Positions 1 through 15,500 of a DNA stretch of 64,000 nucleotides are shown here, in pieces. The notes below the pieces were generated by a model. That model saw only the letters and a list, made by a program, of their open reading frames with translations, had not been told where the DNA came from and did not search any database. Each line of letters starts with the position of its first letter. Position 1 is the first letter of the stretch. The translations under genes and the position numbers were made by a program. This DNA comes from Chrysomallon squamiferum (lineage: Eukaryota; Animalia; Mollusca): the NCBI GenBank assembly GCA_012295275.1, contig CM022672.1, positions 13,702,001 to 13,766,000 of the forward strand, read 5' to 3'.

Positions 1-1101
1 TGAGATGTATGCTTTAGAAATCCCTTTATATTTTAATATAAAATTCTTGTCTTGGACAGAATTGATGAGGTCAGAGGTCATGTATGTTTAGACAATTCTG
101 TGACAAAATCAGTCTGAAAAATATTCACCTTAGCCATCCATAGTATAAAATAAATTTTTAAAGTATATTTCATCAACAATTATAAAGCTATTCAGTCTGT
201 AATGTGAAAGCATTAACTAGTTATTATAAACTGAATAAAATAAATACACGCAATACACACACACACACAGACACACACGTATATATAAATGTAAACCATA
301 CATCAACTAAATAATGTAATCAAACTGATTCATTTTTATAATAGATCTAAAAGCATTAAAAAAGATATAATTACAAGAAAAATTTTAATATTTAATATAA
401 TTGTAATAATTAATATTTTACTGCAACTTTTATTATTAGTAAAGCTTGGCATTGAGATCAAATGGGACAATCATTTGGAAGTACACAAAAGTACTGACAA
501 TTTGCAAACACAGCCACAGATATACACTTAACATTATTTTTTCTTCTATTCTTCACGACAAAAATAACATCTGTAAAATGGAAGATAAATTTTCAAACTG
601 TTATTTCATAACCAGTACTTTTTTATTCGAGAATAATTTGATTTATGTTTTTCTTGGGAAAAGATGCAGAATTTTCAGCTGAAAACACACACTTCTACCA
701 GTCACCGTCAGAATTACAGGATACTTTGGAAAACAGCAACAACAACAATAATAATAATATCAGTTTTGTAAAATGAAAGGAATTTAGAGTCAAATTTTTA
801 ATATTATTAATTTTTAAATCGACACAATCACATTGGTGACAATCAAACAGATATCATACATTTAAATTTCAAAATAACAATCGTATTGTTCATGGAAAAA
901 CGACACCGAATTCTCAGCAAAAATTTTTACATAATCCTCGTTCGTGTTATTGGATAACAATGGGAACTATAATGCTGTAAGCTGAACACACATCAATGTG
1001 TAATTTACAAACGGCAAATAACGACTGCTGTCTGTGAAAATATAAATTAGTATCACAATACACAAAGTTTACACTGGTGGGTTGCTGTACTCATTTTGTT
1101 T

Positions 1102-2130
1102 TTAATCATTCAGTGTCCATGGTTTCTTGAAGTATTCTTCATGAAGAGGAGTGCCGTGTGTGGCATCAAAATCTATCATGTGCCGGGAAGCCTACAGCAA
1201 AACAATAATAAATTTTATTACTATTATTATCATAATAATTATCAACATTATTATATATCATCATCATCATGTTATTATGTTATCATCTTTGATTATCATT
1301 ATATATTTTCTTTTTTGGTTTTTTTTTGAGGCAGAATCTGAATATTTTTATTTAAAATGTATTTGTGGCTGATTTAGATTTTGGGTTTTAATTCCATAGA
1401 TAGATAGATAGAGAGACAGAGAGACAGAGAGAGAGAGCCCTAAATCTCAGCATATTGTACAAAAGCACTTATTCATACATTATAAGTTCTCATAAACTTA
1501 CCAAATACAAAACCATTTGATTTTTCTCCTGCTGACTCCAACCAGTCCCTGAAATCAGAACAAAAAAATTATCATTAATAAACTTGTAAATAAAACAACA
1601 ATCATCAACAAATGAATCTGTAACAACAAACAAATTTTTTTAATACTAATAGTTTATTAGTAACTCATTATAATATTTTTTTTTTTTTTTTTAAATATTT
1701 TATTATAGTAATGACTGTAATGTTACAAGGAAAAGAGTAATTGCTGCTACCACATAGACTACTGTTACCACTTTAGACACAGCTTCCAACTGTAATATTA
1801 AAGGTCTATATCCACAGGCATATTTGGCAGCCTTAGCATTATCTCAGTAATGTAGTGGAACATAACAATATGTAAAATGTCTTCAGCTTTAAGTTGTAAC
1901 AGTTAACCATTTTTTTAAGCTTTGGCATTTAAACATGTTCATTATTTGTCATGTCAGAAAAAAAAAAAAAACTGCACAGCAAGAGAACCATACTTACAGA
2001 CCACTACAACTTTAGACAGATTATATAAATTATCTCAAATCAATATTAAAAGTAATTAAAAGAGTACACAAAACAAGAAATCTCTTTTTTTTTTTTGTGC
2101 TTTTAGTTTTATTCACCTGCTTCAATTTTA

Positions 2131-2161
<31 letters not shown>

Positions 2162-4269
2162 TTAAAGTATTGTGGTTTCTATTTTTTTGTTATCAAAATA
2201 TTTTACCTATTTCCATTGGAAAGTTAGATGTATGTTTTTCAGCGTATGACTTCAACTTTGCCAAACACTGATTGGGGTCTACGCTGTATTCTCGTAGAAG
2301 TTGCTCTGAGACATAAAACAAAAATAAAAATAAAATACAAACAATGAATTAATAAATAAATAACAGTCATAATAATAAAATCAAAATGTGACTTTTGGTC
2401 AGTAAATAAATAAATTAAATAATATACTCAATAAAAAAACAACTAATAATAAATTTTTTTTAAAAAGGAATTGGAAATGAGCCAAATAATAACCAACATT
2501 AAAAAAGAAAAATCTGATTTATAAATAAATATAAAAACTTTTGCGTTATATTTCATTACATTTCTAGTAACAACCCCTCTCAACCAAAAAACCCCCAAAA
2601 CAACAACATCAACATAAAAAAAAAAACAACAGCAGCAACAGCAGCAACAGCATCAAGTTATGGCATATTTTATAATGAGTGAAACAAACCTTGGTATGGG
2701 CCTTCTCTTGCCAGCCATTGCTCTAAGACTGGCATAGTTGAGGAATCAACAATCTTAGGATATCTTTCAGAAGAGCAAGAGAAAGAGAGAGAAAAAAAAA
2801 TATATAATAATAATAATGTTATTATCTGTAAATAATTAGAAAATAATAAAGAAAAAAAGACAAAAAAAAAAAAAAAAAAAATGTTTGCTCACTCCATTAA
2901 GAAACAATACAAATATTAATAATGATAATAAATTCTAAAAAGAAGAAAAGTAAAACGGAAAAAACCTTGTTCAAATTTAAGTTAACTGATTAATTGAATA
3001 AAAATAATAATAATGAAAACAAATGCTCATAATAATAATAATAGTAACAGTAGTAGTAGTAATAGTAGTAGCAGTAATAATAATACTAAGGTAATAATAA
3101 TAACAATCATAATAATAATAGTGAAACAAAAATTAATAATGATTGTATTTCAATAATTAATAAAACATATTAACTTACCTGTGCTGTAGAACTTTCATCA
3201 AAAGAAAATTTCCTCGGTTGCTCAATATTTGTGGTGGAATTCCTGGTGCTGAACTGGCAACAGAGAAAAAAAAAAAAAAAAAATAAAATAAAAAAAAAAA
3301 AAAAATTCCTGGTGCTGAATTGGCAAAAGAGAAAAAACAAAAACAATAACTAAAAAAAATAAATAAATAAAATGAAAATAATAAAATAAAAAAAATTAAA
3401 TTTATTTTGAAAAAGATTTGGCTCTGAAGTTTTGTGTCATACAAATACCGCTTGTTGTCTGTCATATATGATGACGTTGTAAAGAAAATGGTAACATGAC
3501 AACATTTCATAAGTTCTGTGAAAGTATTATTTTGCCAGTCTTTGTTGTAAAGGAGAACAAGTCACCCAAAACAGTAAACTTATAACTTGAAAGTGAAAAA
3601 GATTTTTATTAGACACATGTGCCATGAAGTCACGACAACAGTGTGAAGGGGTAAAATAGTGGAATCCTAATGTGCTGTCTTAACTTTAATGTAACCCACA
3701 CCCACACATACATGTATGTGTACAAAAAACAATATATATATATATATATATAAGTTGTTAATTAAATATTCTGTATGCAATCAGCAGATTATAAAACACT
3801 GTCAAACTTTAAAAGGTGTTATTTTACAGCTTTAATTTGTTACGAGTGATTACAAAACAATAAAATAATAACTTGGAAGCGTAACAGTTTCATTACCCCA
3901 TTTATTTTCAGTGTCACAGATGCACTTTAACTGCACACATGAACTGGTGGCAGTACTGAAAATGTAACTGGACACGTTATAGAAGTTCAGAGATTCAGTA
4001 ACACTTACTCTGTTGTAATGATTTCATCTTTCATTCTTCTGATCAGTAACAATGGACCTGGATATCTGTAAGTGAAAACAAAATAATAATAAAAATGCAG
4101 TAAAAATCTCTGAAAATGACTTAAGTATATATAACAAAAATTGCAATGACTGAACGAATATGTAACAATGATTAAAATTTTAAGAATGTTTTACTATTAT
4201 TAAAATAAAGAATTCTTGAGAAGATTCATCAATTTTCAATGGCTGCTAGCCAATGTGTTTTTTTATTTC

Positions 4270-4304
<35 letters not shown>

Positions 4305-4807
4305 CAAAACAGTTATCAATATCAGTTAATATGTTACACATATTGAAATAAAAAATGTCAAATTGTTAATTTATTCTGAAAACTAAGTATTAACAAAAAA
4401 AGTGTCTTTTAAAATATTAATGTTAATAACAGCTTTAAAAAAAACAATTTTCGTTTAACAGTGATGTCAAAAACCTTAGTTTTCAATGATTAAATGCTTA
4501 ATGTTGGTTTTTTAGATTTATTAATGATATTTAATTTAAAAAATGATAAAAATTAATTTAAAAAAGAAAAAATACTCGCCCCCAGAAACAGAAAATAAAG
4601 AAAACAAATGAACAGTAGGTGTTTGGGCTATGTGATTGAACTAAATATTACTTTCCAATTTATCTCAAGAAAATAACTTACTTGACCACATTTTCTGCAA
4701 TATTTAAATTCAAGAAGCTCCTCAATGACTTTTTAATAATCCCATCTACAAAAAAAACAAAAAAAAACATAATAAATAAAGTAAAATAAAATAAAAATAA
4801 AAATAAA

Positions 4808-4898
<91 letters not shown>

Positions 4899-7800
4899 AA
4901 TTAAATTAAATTAAATTAAATTAAATTAAATTAAATTAAATTAAATTAAAAAAAAAGATTAAAAAAAAGTAAAATAAATAGCATAATTTGTTAATTTCAG
5001 CAAAATAATTTATATCAACTCTGTTGAAGGCTATTAGTAAAACTATAATATCTGTTTATAAAAACAAAAAATAATTATGATGTTCACAATATCTACAGAA
5101 TAATAAAAAAACTTACTTAATGATTCTGGCATCTTTGAAGTAGCAAGTGGGACAAGATCATCAAATGTGGCATCTAAAATCTATTGAAGAAAAAAAAAAA
5201 ATTGTTGATATCAATACAAAAATTTACATGCAACAAAAATGGATAACTAATTTCTTCATTAACATAAATAAATTAAGAATGAAATCATAAATATTACATT
5301 CTCTTTATTTTTTAATTTGTAAATCAAAAAATAATAATCATTTTTAAATTTTTAAATCTTTTAAAAGAAAAATCTGACAGATGAACGACAAATGACACAA
5401 CTCACTGTAAATGATAGAAATCTTTCACGAAAAAAATAAATACAAAAATCCTTTTAAATAAAATCTATTAAAAAAGACGAAACAAGTAATTATTATTATT
5501 TTTTGGTTTTTTTCACTCACGAGATATTCTATATCTGGGTAATTCATGGCAGCCCATGAAGCAGGATATCCACCAATGGACCAGGCAAACAAAACAATTT
5601 TTTCTGGTTTGAAACCAAGCTTGTGTATTGCATACTGAACAACTGCATCGACTGCAGTCTGTTCTGTTTCAGGCATAGCCACGCCCTAAAACAAAAGCAT
5701 TAAAAAAAAACCTCATTATTAGATAGTTGTTAACAATCCTTAGTTACCAAGTAAATGTGTGTACAGATATATATATGTTATTGAATAATCAAATAAAGAA
5801 AAACAATTCACATATATTACCTTAACCACCAGTACATAGATTCAGAACATTTGTATAAAAGATACAGGTTTACACTATACATATTCATAAATAAACCCAA
5901 AACAAATTAATCTCTTAATTTTACAAAACAAATGTTAACTGATTTGTACACCGAAAGTATGGATTCTAAACAACCCACACATTTATATAAATATCTAAAT
6001 ATTAAGGTAAAAAAACAACAACAAACAAACTAACATAAAGTTAGAATTGAAGAAGAAATATTAATCGTGCATTTCATTACTTGTCAATACAGATGTAAAT
6101 GTAAGATTATTCTTGTTAAAAATATAAATTCTAGTGGACTCGTGACAATTTGCTTACTGAACTAGCACCAAATCCTGGATGGTTCCATCCGAGAACAGAA
6201 TATCCCAGATCCATAGGAGTAGCACAGCAACCAATTTCATAAAAACCAGCATTTCCTTCACAACAAATCACCTACGAATAAATAAATATATTCAAATAAA
6301 TATTATTATTACTGCCATAAAACGAGACATATTAATAAATAAGTAAAATTAAAAATAAAATAACTAAACCCCAAAACAAAACAGGTTTATAAATAAATAA
6401 AACAAAAATAAAATAAACAAACAAATAAACAAAATTATACAACAGTGCTTGAAAACAATAAAATAATAAATAAATTTAACTTACAGGCCAATCAAATGTT
6501 GTTTTTTAATACATATATTTAATTTTTAAACAAAAAAAAAACATGCTTAGGCTTCAACCTTTTTAATTGCTATTCTTAAAAAAATGTATACCACTTTATT
6601 CATTTATTAATAATAACAGTTATAAACATATAAGCCTAAACATGGTTTTCATTTTAAAAAAATTAATCCAGTACTCAAAAGATTAATGACAACTATTTTA
6701 TGAAGAAATATCAAAATAATTTTTCTTACAAGAGTTGAACCATTGGGGCTGAATTTTCCTCTTCTGTCCAGAAACATGGTGTCAATTTCATTGTTGTCCT
6801 CGGTAACCACTTTAGCTCGAATTCCATGTTTCTGAAAACATCACACACAGAAAACCATTTCTTAAATTTTTTTGAACAGAAATCATGTGAATTATTATTT
6901 AGTAACTTTTTTCTTTTCTGCATTTGACACAATGTAAGCTATTTGTTTCAGCTAATATCCAGTGTAACAAAAGTGAGGTTATTTTGGGAGCAATCTTCAA
7001 AACGTGACATGTACCTTTTGTGACTGGCATCAATTAAATGTACAAAAATGGATTTATGTGAGTATGTGTCATCATTAGACATATTTGTTGTTGTTTTGTT
7101 AAGCTATAAAGTCTTACCTCTTCTATCAGTTTGGATCTATACAGCAGTAGTTGGTCTCCTGCAGAAATAAATGCAAAAAAATCTATATTGTTCACACATC
7201 TTTTTTTCATTATAATATTATATTGCATCAAATGTTTGGTTGCATGTGGGGCTTTCAAAAGAAAGAAATAATTGTTTAATCTGACAAGATTAATATAAAT
7301 TTCAAACTGACCTACGATAGCATTCATGAGGGAGGTTCCTCCTGGGAAAACCATTCTTCTACCAATTGTATGAACAAGAATGTAACTGCAAAATTTTTTA
7401 AAATAAATAAATAACATGAATTATATTTTTACACAGTCCTTTTCTTCTCAAACGTCAAGACCATTTACCTATATTACATTAGAATTCACCACCATCTTCA
7501 TTTGAAGAATGTGAAGAAACAAATGTTTTATTTATAAGTATCCACTATATTTATAAGTAATGGTACTACGGTGTAATGTATAAATATGGATAAGGACTAC
7601 ACAGATAATGCTAGAGCCTTTGATAAACTAGTCATGTAGTAGTGGTTAGAATGGGAAGTACACAGGTAATAATATGTTAATGTATTTTACAACGAACAAA
7701 TATTAATATTAGTCTGAATCAGTCATATGTATTGTAAGTAATGACAATACAGAATAAGGAAACCCACTTTGTCTATAAAACTGATCATTGTTATTCATCA

Positions 7801-8041
7801 GCAGAAAATTAATCTTTTATACTCCTGTTCCCACAGACAAAGGGGGATTCTGAGTGCTAAAAGCTTAGTAATTTAAAAAAAAATGTTTAAAGTATAAACA
7901 AAACAAAATGCATACCTGAGAATAGTGCATGGAATAGTTTTAAATGCTAACTGATCCTTTGATGATTTAACGAACTGCTGTCTTGGTTTTGTGCCGTCTC
8001 TTTAGAAAGAAAAAAAAAAGAATATTTTTTATTTGTTTGTT

Positions 8042-8086
<45 letters not shown>

Positions 8087-10717
8087 ACACAGAGATATAT
8101 ATATTATTTAAATGCATAAATCAGTACACAAAAACACACAAAAAGAAACAAAATGCAAAAATAACAGTGTTTGTTCAACAGACAAGATTCACCCACTCTT
8201 AAGTTGCTATTTAATAATTTAAACAAAATTACATATAAATATTTACACAGCCAGTTATCTTTAAATGCAGATTTCTTTTATTTTAAACAAGTAAAACAAA
8301 TACAGGCTATCTGAATTTGAGTCATAATTGTTACATTTAAAAATTATATTATGTGTCACTGAATTCTGTAAAAAGGTACGAAAGCTGGAAAAAAAAAAAT
8401 TTCATGCCCTTTTTTCACATGAACAGTATATTCTGGGATATCTGATTGTTATATAATATATCATAATAAAATAATTACCCATCAATTACGTCAGCCACAC
8501 GAAAATCAACAGGCCAGGCCCAGAACTCAAAGTCATACAATAATTTCTGAAATGGTAATTTATAAAATGTTTACAACAGTAAAAGAATATATATTCATTT
8601 TCCTGTGCTTCTTAACAAATATTTAATGAAATAATAACAGCAACAGAGAGGTAGGTGATAAAATCAAAATATACATCTACTCCAGTGCAGATGCTTACAG
8701 TGAAATGGTTTGTGCAAGCAAATGTGATAATTAATATAACACAAATGTAAAAAGGACTGCATAATTGATTATAACTGTTCCATGTAGAACATTCTTTTCA
8801 GATTTATTTTACATTTCTGTAATTTAAAATCATGTAAAATGAATTTACGTACAATATTAAAATAAAATGTATATATTATTACATATAATTAAATTTTTTA
8901 TATATTTATTTTCATTTATAAAATAAATAAAAGTACACATACATGTATGCATATAGCCACAAAGACACAGTTCTGTCTCTCTCTCTCTCTCCCACACACA
9001 CAAACACATATACACACATATTCACCCACCCACACACAAAAACAGATATATGCACACTCTCATACAAACATTAAGAGAAATATGTAGGTATCATTTATAT
9101 TTAGAGTTACCTTGTTAATGTCAGTATTGAATCTGTGTGCAGACTGCAGTGTAGAAATAAAATCAATGTACTGCTGATTTGTGAATCTTCCAACACCTGT
9201 AACAACAATTATTTTATTTACTACCAAACACATTTATGTTCCAGTTTAAACACTGAAATGCATCTGATACCTGAAAAACAATAATTGAAATGTATATATA
9301 TATATGTGTGTATGTGTGTGTGTTTGTATGTGCACAGATATACAGCAAGACACACACACTATTGACAATAAAAGTAGCTCACAATATATTCCAGTAAGTG
9401 TCATGTGACTTTGGATAAGGTTTAATGAACGATTAAATGGTCATTTTTATTTTATTTATTATTCTGTGTTTTGGTAATGAAAATAATTTGTGGTACTTTC
9501 TACTTACCTCTCAAACAAAATGCAGTAAAGTAAATGATGGCTATAGAGATTGAAAACTTCACTAGGCTTATAAGTCCATCAGTAGTGAAATAAGCTGTAC
9601 AAGAATAAAACAATACAATTAGTTTTGCTTCAAGAAATCAAAAAATATTTATAATGAAAACATTAAAGCATGCTGAATAATGGTGGTTTTTGTGGTCTTT
9701 TATAATGAACACTGAAAAATTTGTTATCTTGAAAACAGAAGAAAGATCTATGTTAAGTGTCTATATTGTTTATGTATATGAATGTGCTTTCGTGCATGTG
9801 TGTGTGTCAGTGTGTGTATTTGTGTTTGAGACCTATATGTGTTAATTCTGAAAAAATGTATTACAATTAAGAAGTGAAATTATCATGACACTATAAGATA
9901 ATGTACAATCAGCTGGCCTTATCTGCAGGTTTAGTACATGTCAAAAATACACAATTTAAAATTACTGTATATTATGGCATTCTGTGTGCCAGAAAGAAAA
10001 TTTATATGTATTTTAGCTACTGTTAGTAGAAACTAATTGGGTTTCACCTTATGAATATGTATAATGGAAAGTTATATCTTTTATAAATATGTCTTGAACA
10101 TCTGCACAGTCCTGGATCCATATACTGAATGATAAAAAGGCTTTTGTAATATATCAGTTTTTTCTTTTCTTTACTGGGTAATTCAGTATGTGTGTGTGTG
10201 AGTATGTGTATGTGTATGTGGGTGTGTGGTGCTGTGTGTAAAAATACCTCTTCTGTACAATATCATTAACAACACTGGTGATGACCAACAGGAAACTGAC
10301 CAACAGAAATTTATCTGAAATGAAAAAAAATATGTCCATAACAAAATGCTAACAAATTTTTTAATGATTATTTTATTTCTCAATTATATATTACAAAAAA
10401 AGAATTAAATAAAACTTCGATTATTCATAGGATTACCCCTAAGAATCATCAAGTTTAATATAGGAATATTTGTTTTCATGTATTTTTTTATTTATCTTTC
10501 AATGAATAATAACTTGTAGATACATATAAAAAAAAAAATTAAAAAAAATTAAAAATAAAAATTAGTATTATATTAAAAAGATAAAAAAAAAAGGTGATAA
10601 TAAAAGTTAATGGTTTCATATCATACCACTTTGATAAATCTATCACTACCAGACTCTATAATGTTTGGAGTGTATACTGCACCCTGAAAAATAGAAAATA
10701 AAATATCATCAAAATGT

Positions 10718-10749
<32 letters not shown>

Positions 10750-11674
10750 GATAAAGATTGAGACTGGATAAAGTTTATAAATTTAAATAAACCAATTTTT
10801 AATCAGATATAATATCTCGTTATCTAGATATACGTTTATGATGTTATTATTAAATATTAATCAATACTGGTTATATTTTTTGGATGCATTGTTACAGATT
10901 GTAGATCTGAATGGCCTGAAAAAAGGTACTCTTTATGACAAAAGGTTTTTCTTTAACCATCACCAGGAGCTCAACATAATTTTGCACATATTGATATCAT
11001 TTTATCACTTAATGTACTTTATATCTTAATGTACGATTTTCTACAACATGAGGTGTGTAAATATTTTGCAACGACCGAACTTGGAGACAATCATTTGAGT
11101 TCAATATTCGATAGAGGCGTATATATTTATTAATTTAATCTTGTAACAGAAACTGTTCAAAAACTTTTAAACGTTTTTATTTATTGATTAGTGTAGTTAA
11201 CTGATCGCTCGTTTACAATGACTTGGCACCCGAAATATTTCCTGTTTTTGTTAGTAGTATTAATAGTAATCCGGACGCTGGCTCTCTGAGCTTGAAATAA
11301 TTAATATTCAGTGTCTTTACGTTTTTGAACAATATACATACACTGTGCATATTCTTATTTATATTTTCATTCGTCAGTATAAATTTATTTTCTAATCAAC
11401 GAGTTACAATGACTGGAATAAACAAACCAAGGGATATTAATTAATATAGAAACCGAAACGGCGAAACGTCCATTCTCCAACTTCCGTATAAAATGTAATC
11501 AGTAATGATATCAGTGATGCATTAAATAAATCTATCGGTTTTATAATTTTGGCATTTTGTTGTGATGCTATGACATGCAAGTTAATTTTTGAAATCACAA
11601 ACCCGAGTTGCTTCATGCTGGTGAATCCGGTATAAACGTGGTCCCTTTACACAGTTTAAATACAACGAAGCCAT
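1102..11674 (-). CDS. ABHD16A: Phosphatidylserine lipase ABHD16A (BAT5), alpha/beta hydrolase, 20 coding exons
   Basis: GT-AG exons splice in frame. Start MASLYLNCVKGPRLYRIH (11603-11674); YDFEFWAWPVDF (~8479-8546); NEIDTMFLDRR (6730-6831); VICCEGNAGFYEIG...LGWNHPGFG (~6158-6271); nucleophile elbow AWSIGG (~5521-5685); ILDATFDDL; YPGPLLLIRRMKDEII; SNRGNFLLMKVLQHRYP; last exon ASRHMIDFDATHGTPL..KPWTLND* (1102-1191). These match recalled ABHD16A motifs. Confidence 0.96.
3238..3337 (-). repeat. Tandem duplication (~66-nt period) of an ABHD16A splice acceptor plus exon start
   Basis: aattcctggtgctgaa(c/t)tggcaa(c/a)agagaaaaaa occurs at ~3238-3272 and ~3304-3337. The intronic copy has AG changed to AA on the coding strand. 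Confidence 0.85.
4780..4950. repeat. Compound microsatellite (AAAAT)n-(AAT)n-(AAAT)n-(AAATT)n
   Basis: Directly visible in an ABHD16A intron. Confidence 0.9.
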
Positions 11675-11740
11675 TTTGAATAACATGATTCCGATTCATC
11701 AAACGAAACGAAACGTAACGAAACGAAACGAAACGAAACT
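11670..11740 (-). promoter_or_regulatory. ABHD16A 5' region: YY1-like CAAAATGGC over the ATG, and an (AAACG)n pentamer repeat immediately upstream
   Basis: gccattttg at 11670-11678 overlaps the start codon. About 8 aaacg units at 11701-11739. CpG is locally retained. Confidence 0.5.
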
Positions 11741-12573
11741 ACACAGATAAAGACATGATAAGTAATTGTAAAAATGGTAGTGATTTAATTACAATCACAA
11801 TTTATAATAACGTTAGAATAATTGATTTTAAAACACACACACATATACAAAAATAAATAAATAAATAAAATATAAATAAATAAAATAAAATAAAATAATT
11901 AGTCCCATAAAACGTTTTATGTACATTAATTTTCTAATTTGTAAACAACAGTAATAAAAAATGTATTTTGTTGTTCTTAGTTTTTAATAATATATGATTT
12001 AAGGAATCTTATTTGTGAAATATATGATAAAATAAATTTAAAAGATGAACTGCTACTTCTTAAACAATTTATTTATTTACTATTCTTATCATCATCAGTA
12101 TTGTGAAGAAAAAAATAAAACCACTTTGGAAATAAAAAGAAAATAATTGACTAAAATACTTAATAGTAACAAAATAAGCTCACCATTTATTTGCAATCTG
12201 ACATCACTGCATGGTAAAATGGAAATAGAGTCATTCATGACTGTGGTCATTTTAGTCAGAACTGTGAAGCTGTAAATATTAACATTTCAAGGTCTAATCT
12301 TTTTATTTATAGAATTCCAATTTTAACGAATGAAATGCAGGTGGAACTAATTGTATCAATATATATAGAAAATGAGATCCACATTTTTTAAATAATATTT
12401 TTTTTGATTGTAACGACTGTCCAAATAATGTTATCCACTTAACTAAAACAAAGCTTTTTTCTTTTCTTATTTTTTTTGGTGAGGGTGTAATTAACAATAA
12501 AGACAACATAATAAAACCAGTGTAGATTGTATAAAATAATATTTATTGCACAAAACTAATTTTTTAAACAGTT

Positions 12574-15500
12574 CTATGTTGTATCATTTTTTTTATTTGC
12601 TGTTAAAAATCTAGGCCTTAATGCAGAAAGTGTAATCAAAATGGCTTCCTGAAAAATGAAAGAAAAATTGTGATTAATAATATTATTTAATTATGCTCAT
12701 CCTCACATAACTAAAGAACCCATGACCTAATATTTTAAAATAATAAAAATAACATCTAGCATTTTTCAATGATTTGTAATATTATAAATATTCTCAGGTA
12801 TACAACCCTTCCCATTCCCACCCAAAAAAAAAAAATCCTTTTAATTTTACTGAATGAAAAGATGAATATTTAAGTTTTCATTTTATGAAAAACAGTAACA
12901 ATCAAATCTGCTGTTACACAGGTTTGTTTAAAATGAACAAAACTTTATGTTGAAACTTATTTAATAATTACATGTGCTTCAGAGTTTCTGTGTATTACTA
13001 TTCTGTACATTATTTCATAATTCAGTGATATCTACTGTTTTTGGTATTTCAGTATTACCTCTGTTCTGATGGTGCGACTACCCTGACCTGGGCAGGTGTT
13101 GAGGTAATATTTGAAAAGTAAGCTAGGATCATCAACACCAAGTGACTCATCAAACTCTAGACTGGATTCGAGACCATTCACACCACCAAACACTACCAAC
13201 GCATGTCTGAAATAAGAGAAGAAAAATGGATGTAAATATTCTTTATAAGCTGTCACCGCATTTATCTGTAATGTTTTTTGCTTCAAAAATTGGTAAACAT
13301 TGTTTATTTTTTATTTTATCTACAAGCTAGATTATAATACAAAAACGTTTCAGACCTAAGCAATAACAAGGTAGAATTTGATTCATATTAGCTGCAAAAC
13401 TGATTTTTTCACAACAAAAATTCTCTTTCTTTGTTTCTTGCACTGTAGATCAGTCAACCTTTAATTTCACTATATGAATCTCTTTCATACTGCTCAAAGT
13501 GTATGGAAACTCCCAGAATTATTCTTTAGTCTGAAATGACCAATAAATGGTCAACTAGTGGTTAATTCTATTTTGACAGTTTCTGTTTTCTGTATACAAG
13601 ACAAAATAATAAAGTATGTAATACTGTTTAAACACTATGAATTCAGTCCCATTTCACGACTGATTTCTAAATACCTGAATCTTGAAAATGCTGTTTCATC
13701 CACTGATATTCCTCTGTCTGATGTGCCCACAGTGAGATCATACCCGTGTTTGTATGGGCATTCAGAAAACACTGCACCTAGACTGTGTGCTAATCTGACT
13801 GAGTAACCCCAGTAGATTCCTGCTGATGTTCGAGGTGTACTTGGTGCAACAACTGTTCCCTTGGGGTGCTTTTTATCTGTGCAAGAAAAGAAAAGATATA
13901 TATATATATATTAACAGATACACAATGTTTTAAAAATAAACATATCAAAAAGTTATTTATATCTGTATATCTATATCTCAATCTATGTATCTATATCTAT
14001 ATATATGTATCTATGTCTATATTTATATCTAAATCTATATATAAAACTAAACTTACAAAAACACACAGTATATATATATTGATTACCAAAACTTAATAAT
14101 TTAAAGGAAAAAATAAAGAAAACTACAAGAAGAAAAAAAAAATGCTATACATTTTTAATGATTTACTTTGAATGAGTAGAGATAAAACAAAAAACACAAA
14201 AATTATTTTATCATAATTAAATTATCTGACACTGATTTATGACTATTAATCTGAACAAGGAATAAGAAGCAATAAAACAAACCTTCCTGAGATGTGTTTA
14301 ACTGCACTGTGACTCTTACTCCAGGCCGCAACTCTCGGTCAATCTGAACTTCCTAAAATATTTCATTTATTTTAAAATATACATACCTAATGATAAATAC
14401 AATCCAACATTTTTTTGCAGAAGATATTAATGAATTTTCATAAGCATAAAACAACATTTAAACTATCTGAACCAAATAATAGTTATCCCTATTAAATAAA
14501 ATTGCATGTTTTGCAGTTGCATCTAGTACATATTCATATTCAGTTCTATAATGCTAAAAAATACCAAAAATCGGCTTGAAATTATGTTGTTAAATCAAGA
14601 CTGGATTCTGCAAGCAGGATATAATCATATATTTGTAGGATAAAGTTAAAGAAAAGTAATTTAATCACCATATGATCTGCACAAGCCTATGTCAATATAC
14701 AAGTATTTTCTTTGTTTTCACTAATTTAAAATAACTGAAAATTAATATTATAATATTAAATAATTAGATACTTTAGCAAAGGAATCGTTAAACCATAATT
14801 TTTGTGCTTAATAAATGATCTTCTTTCTTTGAACTATAATTACTGTCAACAACTGTGTTTAAATGATTAAATAATCAGCTTTTTTAAAGAAGCTATTTCT
14901 GAGCTTACCTTTTGTAAACCAATGTTAACAAAGGAACCTTTTCCTGGTTTCACAGGTTTCACAAGAACCACTCCTTCCCGAAATAAACAGTCTTCAGAAG
15001 TTCTCATATGATGAGGACAATCAAGTGGATTTAAAACACCTTTAAAAAAAAATAATAATAATAAAAGATGATAATAAAGTGTTTGGTTTATTTTAAAAAT
15101 GATGCATACATTTTGAGAATTCAAGTGCAGTAAAATACAAATGTATCACAGATATTACAGCAGATTTTAATTTCTTCATAGTATCTGTTTTTGCCACGAA
15201 ATATATTAAATTACTTTTCAACGTTTTACTTGTATTTAATTATTAAACAATTCAGAGTTAGAAATATGTGGATAATTTGAAAATACTATGAACTATTTGT
15301 CTGGATGTGGTAATTTTTGTAATTCCAAAATGTTTGAAAATATACATAACAATGAATTAAGTTGAAAAAAGAATTACATACACATATAATGAATGCATGT
15401 GTGCTTGTGTACATTTTAAAGCTGGTATGAGTGCTTCATTTGATTAATGTGTGAAGATTAATAATAAACTGATTCAAGAAAGGCTTAAATTAAAATGGAA

